Origin: Ascoidea asiatica JCM 7603 | Taxonomy: Eukaryota; Fungi; Ascomycota | Reading direction: 5' to 3' | Length of the DNA stretch: 64,000 bases | Assembly: GCA_001600695.1 (NCBI GenBank) | Contig: BCKQ01000013.1 | Location: 279,605-343,604 of the forward strand | In this document: piece after piece, positions 60,875-64,000 of the stretch | Numbering within the stretch: position 1 is the stretch's first letter | Layout of the letters: every line of letters begins with the position of its first letter | Translations under genes and position numbers: made by a program | Notes under the pieces: model-generated | Seen by the model: the letters and a program-made list of their open reading frames with translations, nothing else | Told to the model about the DNA's origin: nothing | Database searches by the model: none

Positions 60875-61397
60875 GATAAATAAGTATTAAATAAGCTATA
60901 GTTATTATGATTATTGCAATAATTGAATTTCTTTAATTTATTTAATTTAGTTAATTTATTTGATATTAAATATTAAAAATATATAATCGAAAAAAATAAA
61001 CAAATCTAAAGGAATAATATATTTTAAACAAAAAAAAAATATCTGGTGAACTCTCCAAGGATTTTATACATCAAAAGAACATATAAAAAAACAAATATTT
61101 TGATAAATGGTGGCAGAAAGCCCATTTCTAAGCCTTAAGGCTGGCAGAGAAAGACTTTGCTGAGTGCACACATGTTTTCAGTGACCACCGGTGCAAATGC
61201 CGGCGCAAGCCCACAGCTCTAGAGCCCACCGGGATTTGAAACACTGCTGCGCCTGATTGGCTGGCTTGTTATAGTGGAATCCCAGGAGCCCCAGCGATTC
61301 CCAGGTTTTCCCAATAAGTTAGAATTGGATCTACTGCAAGTAAAAGTGGCTATATTTTTAAGAGCGTGTCATTACGTTCTTTTTCAGTTCCGGTGAT

Positions 61398-61878
61398 TGT
61401 AGTTCGAACGAAATATCTAATTATTATTAAAAGATATCTAATTCAAATTATAAACAATTGTTAATTAAAATATAAAATATATAAAAATTATATAAAAAAT
61501 ATGGGAGGTAAGTGCCCTATTTATATTAGAGGAAAATAGGAGCGCGTAACCCATTATAAGAATAAATTTGTAAATTTAGTATGTGAAAGTTCACTTCCCA
61601 CACTTAAAAAAAAAAATATAAAAAAGTATTGTTCTAGAAAACACTACGTCATTCTAAGAACAATCACGAAGATTCCAGTACATTCGAGATGCACACAGAA
61701 CTTCGAAGAAAGAATAAATAATTCAGACCCGGAACGTTCTAGTACATTTAACATGCACACGCAAGTTTTGAAAACGCAATAGAATATAGTCGTAGATCAA
61801 TATGTGCAATCCTAGAAAGTCTACGAATAGCCAAGAATATTTGAAGACAATTCTAATAAAAGAATAAAACGATTAACA
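61398..61878 (-). repeat. Putative 3' LTR (~481 bp) of a Ty3/gypsy element
   Basis: TG...CA ends with an imperfect terminal inverted repeat (TGTAGTTCG / CGATTAACA); begins ~17 nt after the integrase stop; TATAAATA on the minus strand near 61520. The second LTR is outside the window. Confidence 0.6.
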
Positions 61879-61895
61879 ATCAAATAGCCCCACGT

Positions 61896-64000
61896 TTATA
61901 ATTTGGTGGCTTTTGAGATTTTAACTAATCTTGATCTATCACCCATTAGTACTTTTTAAGAATGATTGAAAAAAGTTTTAATTGGGTGCTTCTCGTTAGT
62001 CAAAGCAGAAACTAATCTATTACCATTTACTTTATTTTTAATATCAGCACTGTTTAAAGTCAAAAGTTTGTAAACATTATCATCCAAAACCTTTTTCACA
62101 ATAATGGGACTATCATAATATGGTTCTAATTTGGGTTATCTAACTCTTTGTCGTAAAACATAATCACCTACTTCAAAACCTTTATTGAATGCATTGTATT
62201 CTTGAAGGCTCTTTTGGTATCTGCAATGTTCCGCTTAATTTTGGAATGTTCCTTTCTTTATTTATTTAGGTTTTAAATTTGTAAGACTCTTAAGTGAGTA
62301 GCTTTTTGATCTTCGGCATCTGTAGGTTCTTTTGCATAAGGTTGCATATTATGGCTTGAACCTGAATATACACGAAAAGCTAAAAAGTAAGGTGATAATC
62401 CATATTTTGATTTTCTTGACCTGAATTAAATTAATGCAGCATTGGTAAGTAGGTCCCACTTTGAAGAAACATTCAAATGAAATAAAATTTGTTTGAATAA
62501 ACCATTAAACTTCTCACATTTACCATTAGTCTCTGGGTGGTATGGAGTGGTTTTGCGACATTTGATTCCTAAGGAATCTAATTTCTCAATAACATTATTT
62601 GCAACAAAACCAGAATCATTATCCCTAATTATTTGTTTCATTTGACCATGGTTTGTGACGATAGTTTGAATTAAATTTAAAACATGTAACGCGCCAGTAT
62701 CTGGTGTTGGAATAGCATAAGCATAATCTGTACCATAATCAATCGCAGTGATACAAATTTTATTTCCAGATGAAGTTTTTTGAAAAGGACCAATATAATC
62801 CATCCCCAATCTTGAGAAGGCTGTTGCAGAAGGAATTGGAATTAATGTCTTAGAAATAGCTGATGACTTTTTCATAAGCTGACAATGAGGACAAACTCTA
62901 AGAACTTCTTGAAATAATGGAATACTATCAGGATGAAACTATTTTTTATTTACCATGTTTTCTAGATTTCCAATGGAACAGTGAGCATTTGAAAGATGAA
63001 TTTTTTCAGAGACTTCCTTAAACTTATCTTCACTTAAAACAATATCTAAACGATCTTTAATTCTAATATGTAATTCATTATCATAGAAAATAGAGTTAGC
63101 AAAGATTAAATTTTAGGAATTTCTTTATTTTGAAAAAATTCTTTAATTCTAATAAGATCGACTTCACACAAATCCTTAATTTATTTGATGGTTTTGATCT
63201 GAGTTTCAGTTTCATTAAGTTCATCAATTTCAATTAATGTCTCATTTGCTTTTTCATCAACCAAATCAGTCCTTCTTGATAGTAAATCAGGAATCACATT
63301 TTGTTTTCCAGGCTTATTTTGAATATCACAATCATAATGTTCAATGATTTCAATGAATTTCCTAATTCTTTTTCCAGGATCTGATTTAGTTCTAATATAT
63401 TGAAGAGATTCATGATCGGTTCTAACAATAATTTTGCATCCTTCAATATATTTTTGAAAATGAATCAATGAATGAACAACAGCTAAAAGTTCTCTCTCTT
63501 GAGCAGAATACTTTTGTTGTGTTTTTGAAAATTTTCTTGATTCAAAAGCAACAGGATATAATTGGATCTTTCCAGTGTTCTCATTTTTATAGGGTTGGAG
63601 TAATACACATCCTAAAGCAAAGTCAGAAGCATCAGTTTCTAAAATTGCAACTCTCTCAGGATCAAATGCTTTTAAAACAGGAGCTGTAGTTAATGTTTTT
63701 TTCAGTGATGTAAAGCATTCAATTTGAGAAGGTTTTAATTCAATTTTTGTTCCTGGTTTAGGAGACCCAACCAATAAATCTGTAAGTGGCTTCATTTGTT
63801 GAGAAAAATTTGAAATAAACTTTCGGTAATATGAGCATAAGTTAATGAAACCTCTTATATCAGTAATTGATTTTGGTAATCGCCAATTTAAGATTTTCTC
63901 GATCTTTGTAGGATCAGTTTTGATTCCTTCTGAGGAAACAATATGTCCTAAAAATTTAACTTCTTTGCAAAAGAATTTTGACTTCTTCACATTTAATTGA
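61896..64000 (-). pseudogene. Disrupted pol: RT C-terminus, RNase H and integrase
   Basis: VKFLGHIVS; ETDASDFALG, ERELLAVV and RTDHESL (RNase H); H-x4-H...CPHC zinc finger; MDYIGP, RDND and PETNGKCE (DDE); KLEPYYDSP (GPY/F-like). Stops at 63181, ~62939, 62426 and ~62138, and a frameshift near 63110. Confidence 0.9.

Larger units (their letters stand above)
61398..64000 (-). mobile_element. Degenerate Ty3/gypsy LTR retrotransposon, 3' part (truncated by the window end)
   Basis: Domain order RT-RNaseH-integrase followed by the LTR. Confidence 0.92.

Noticed and set aside
1-64000. CRISPR arrays, rRNA genes, prokaryotic defence or operon systems
   Set aside because: The sequence is eukaryotic; the repeats seen are micro/minisatellites without unique spacers, and no rRNA-like segments were found

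Overview
Eukaryotic, very AT-rich budding-yeast (Saccharomycotina) chromosome segment. The Asn-rich low-complexity proteins and GT-AG introns with degenerate branch points suggest an Ascoidea-like yeast, but that assignment is inference only. Genes in order: PTK2-like kinase, MCA1, a disrupted VIT-VWA gene, SPO11 (mostly missed by the ORF track), AIM17, a small Asn-rich protein, an EGO2-like microprotein, an orphan Ser-rich protein followed by a ~7.9 kb gene-poor region, MCP2/CQD2, NDL1, RCF2, SME1 (spliced, missed by the ORF track), ISA2, NBP35, NAP1, LCB3/YSR3, SPO73-like, ERG28, GLO3, ULP2, a Pro/His-rich membrane protein, and the 3' part of a degenerate Ty3/gypsy element with its LTR, running off the window end. 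The most interesting result is that SPO11 has no in-frame ATG upstream of its catalytic domains. It appears to need a short intron with weak signals (GTATTT...TATTAAC...AAG), a candidate splicing switch on meiotic double-strand break formation. Other leads are a candidate structured/C-D RNA after ERG28, GC-rich promoter islands including two with no obvious gene, and a VIT-VWA gene in decay. No prokaryote-type system (CRISPR, defence island), tRNA or rRNA gene was found.
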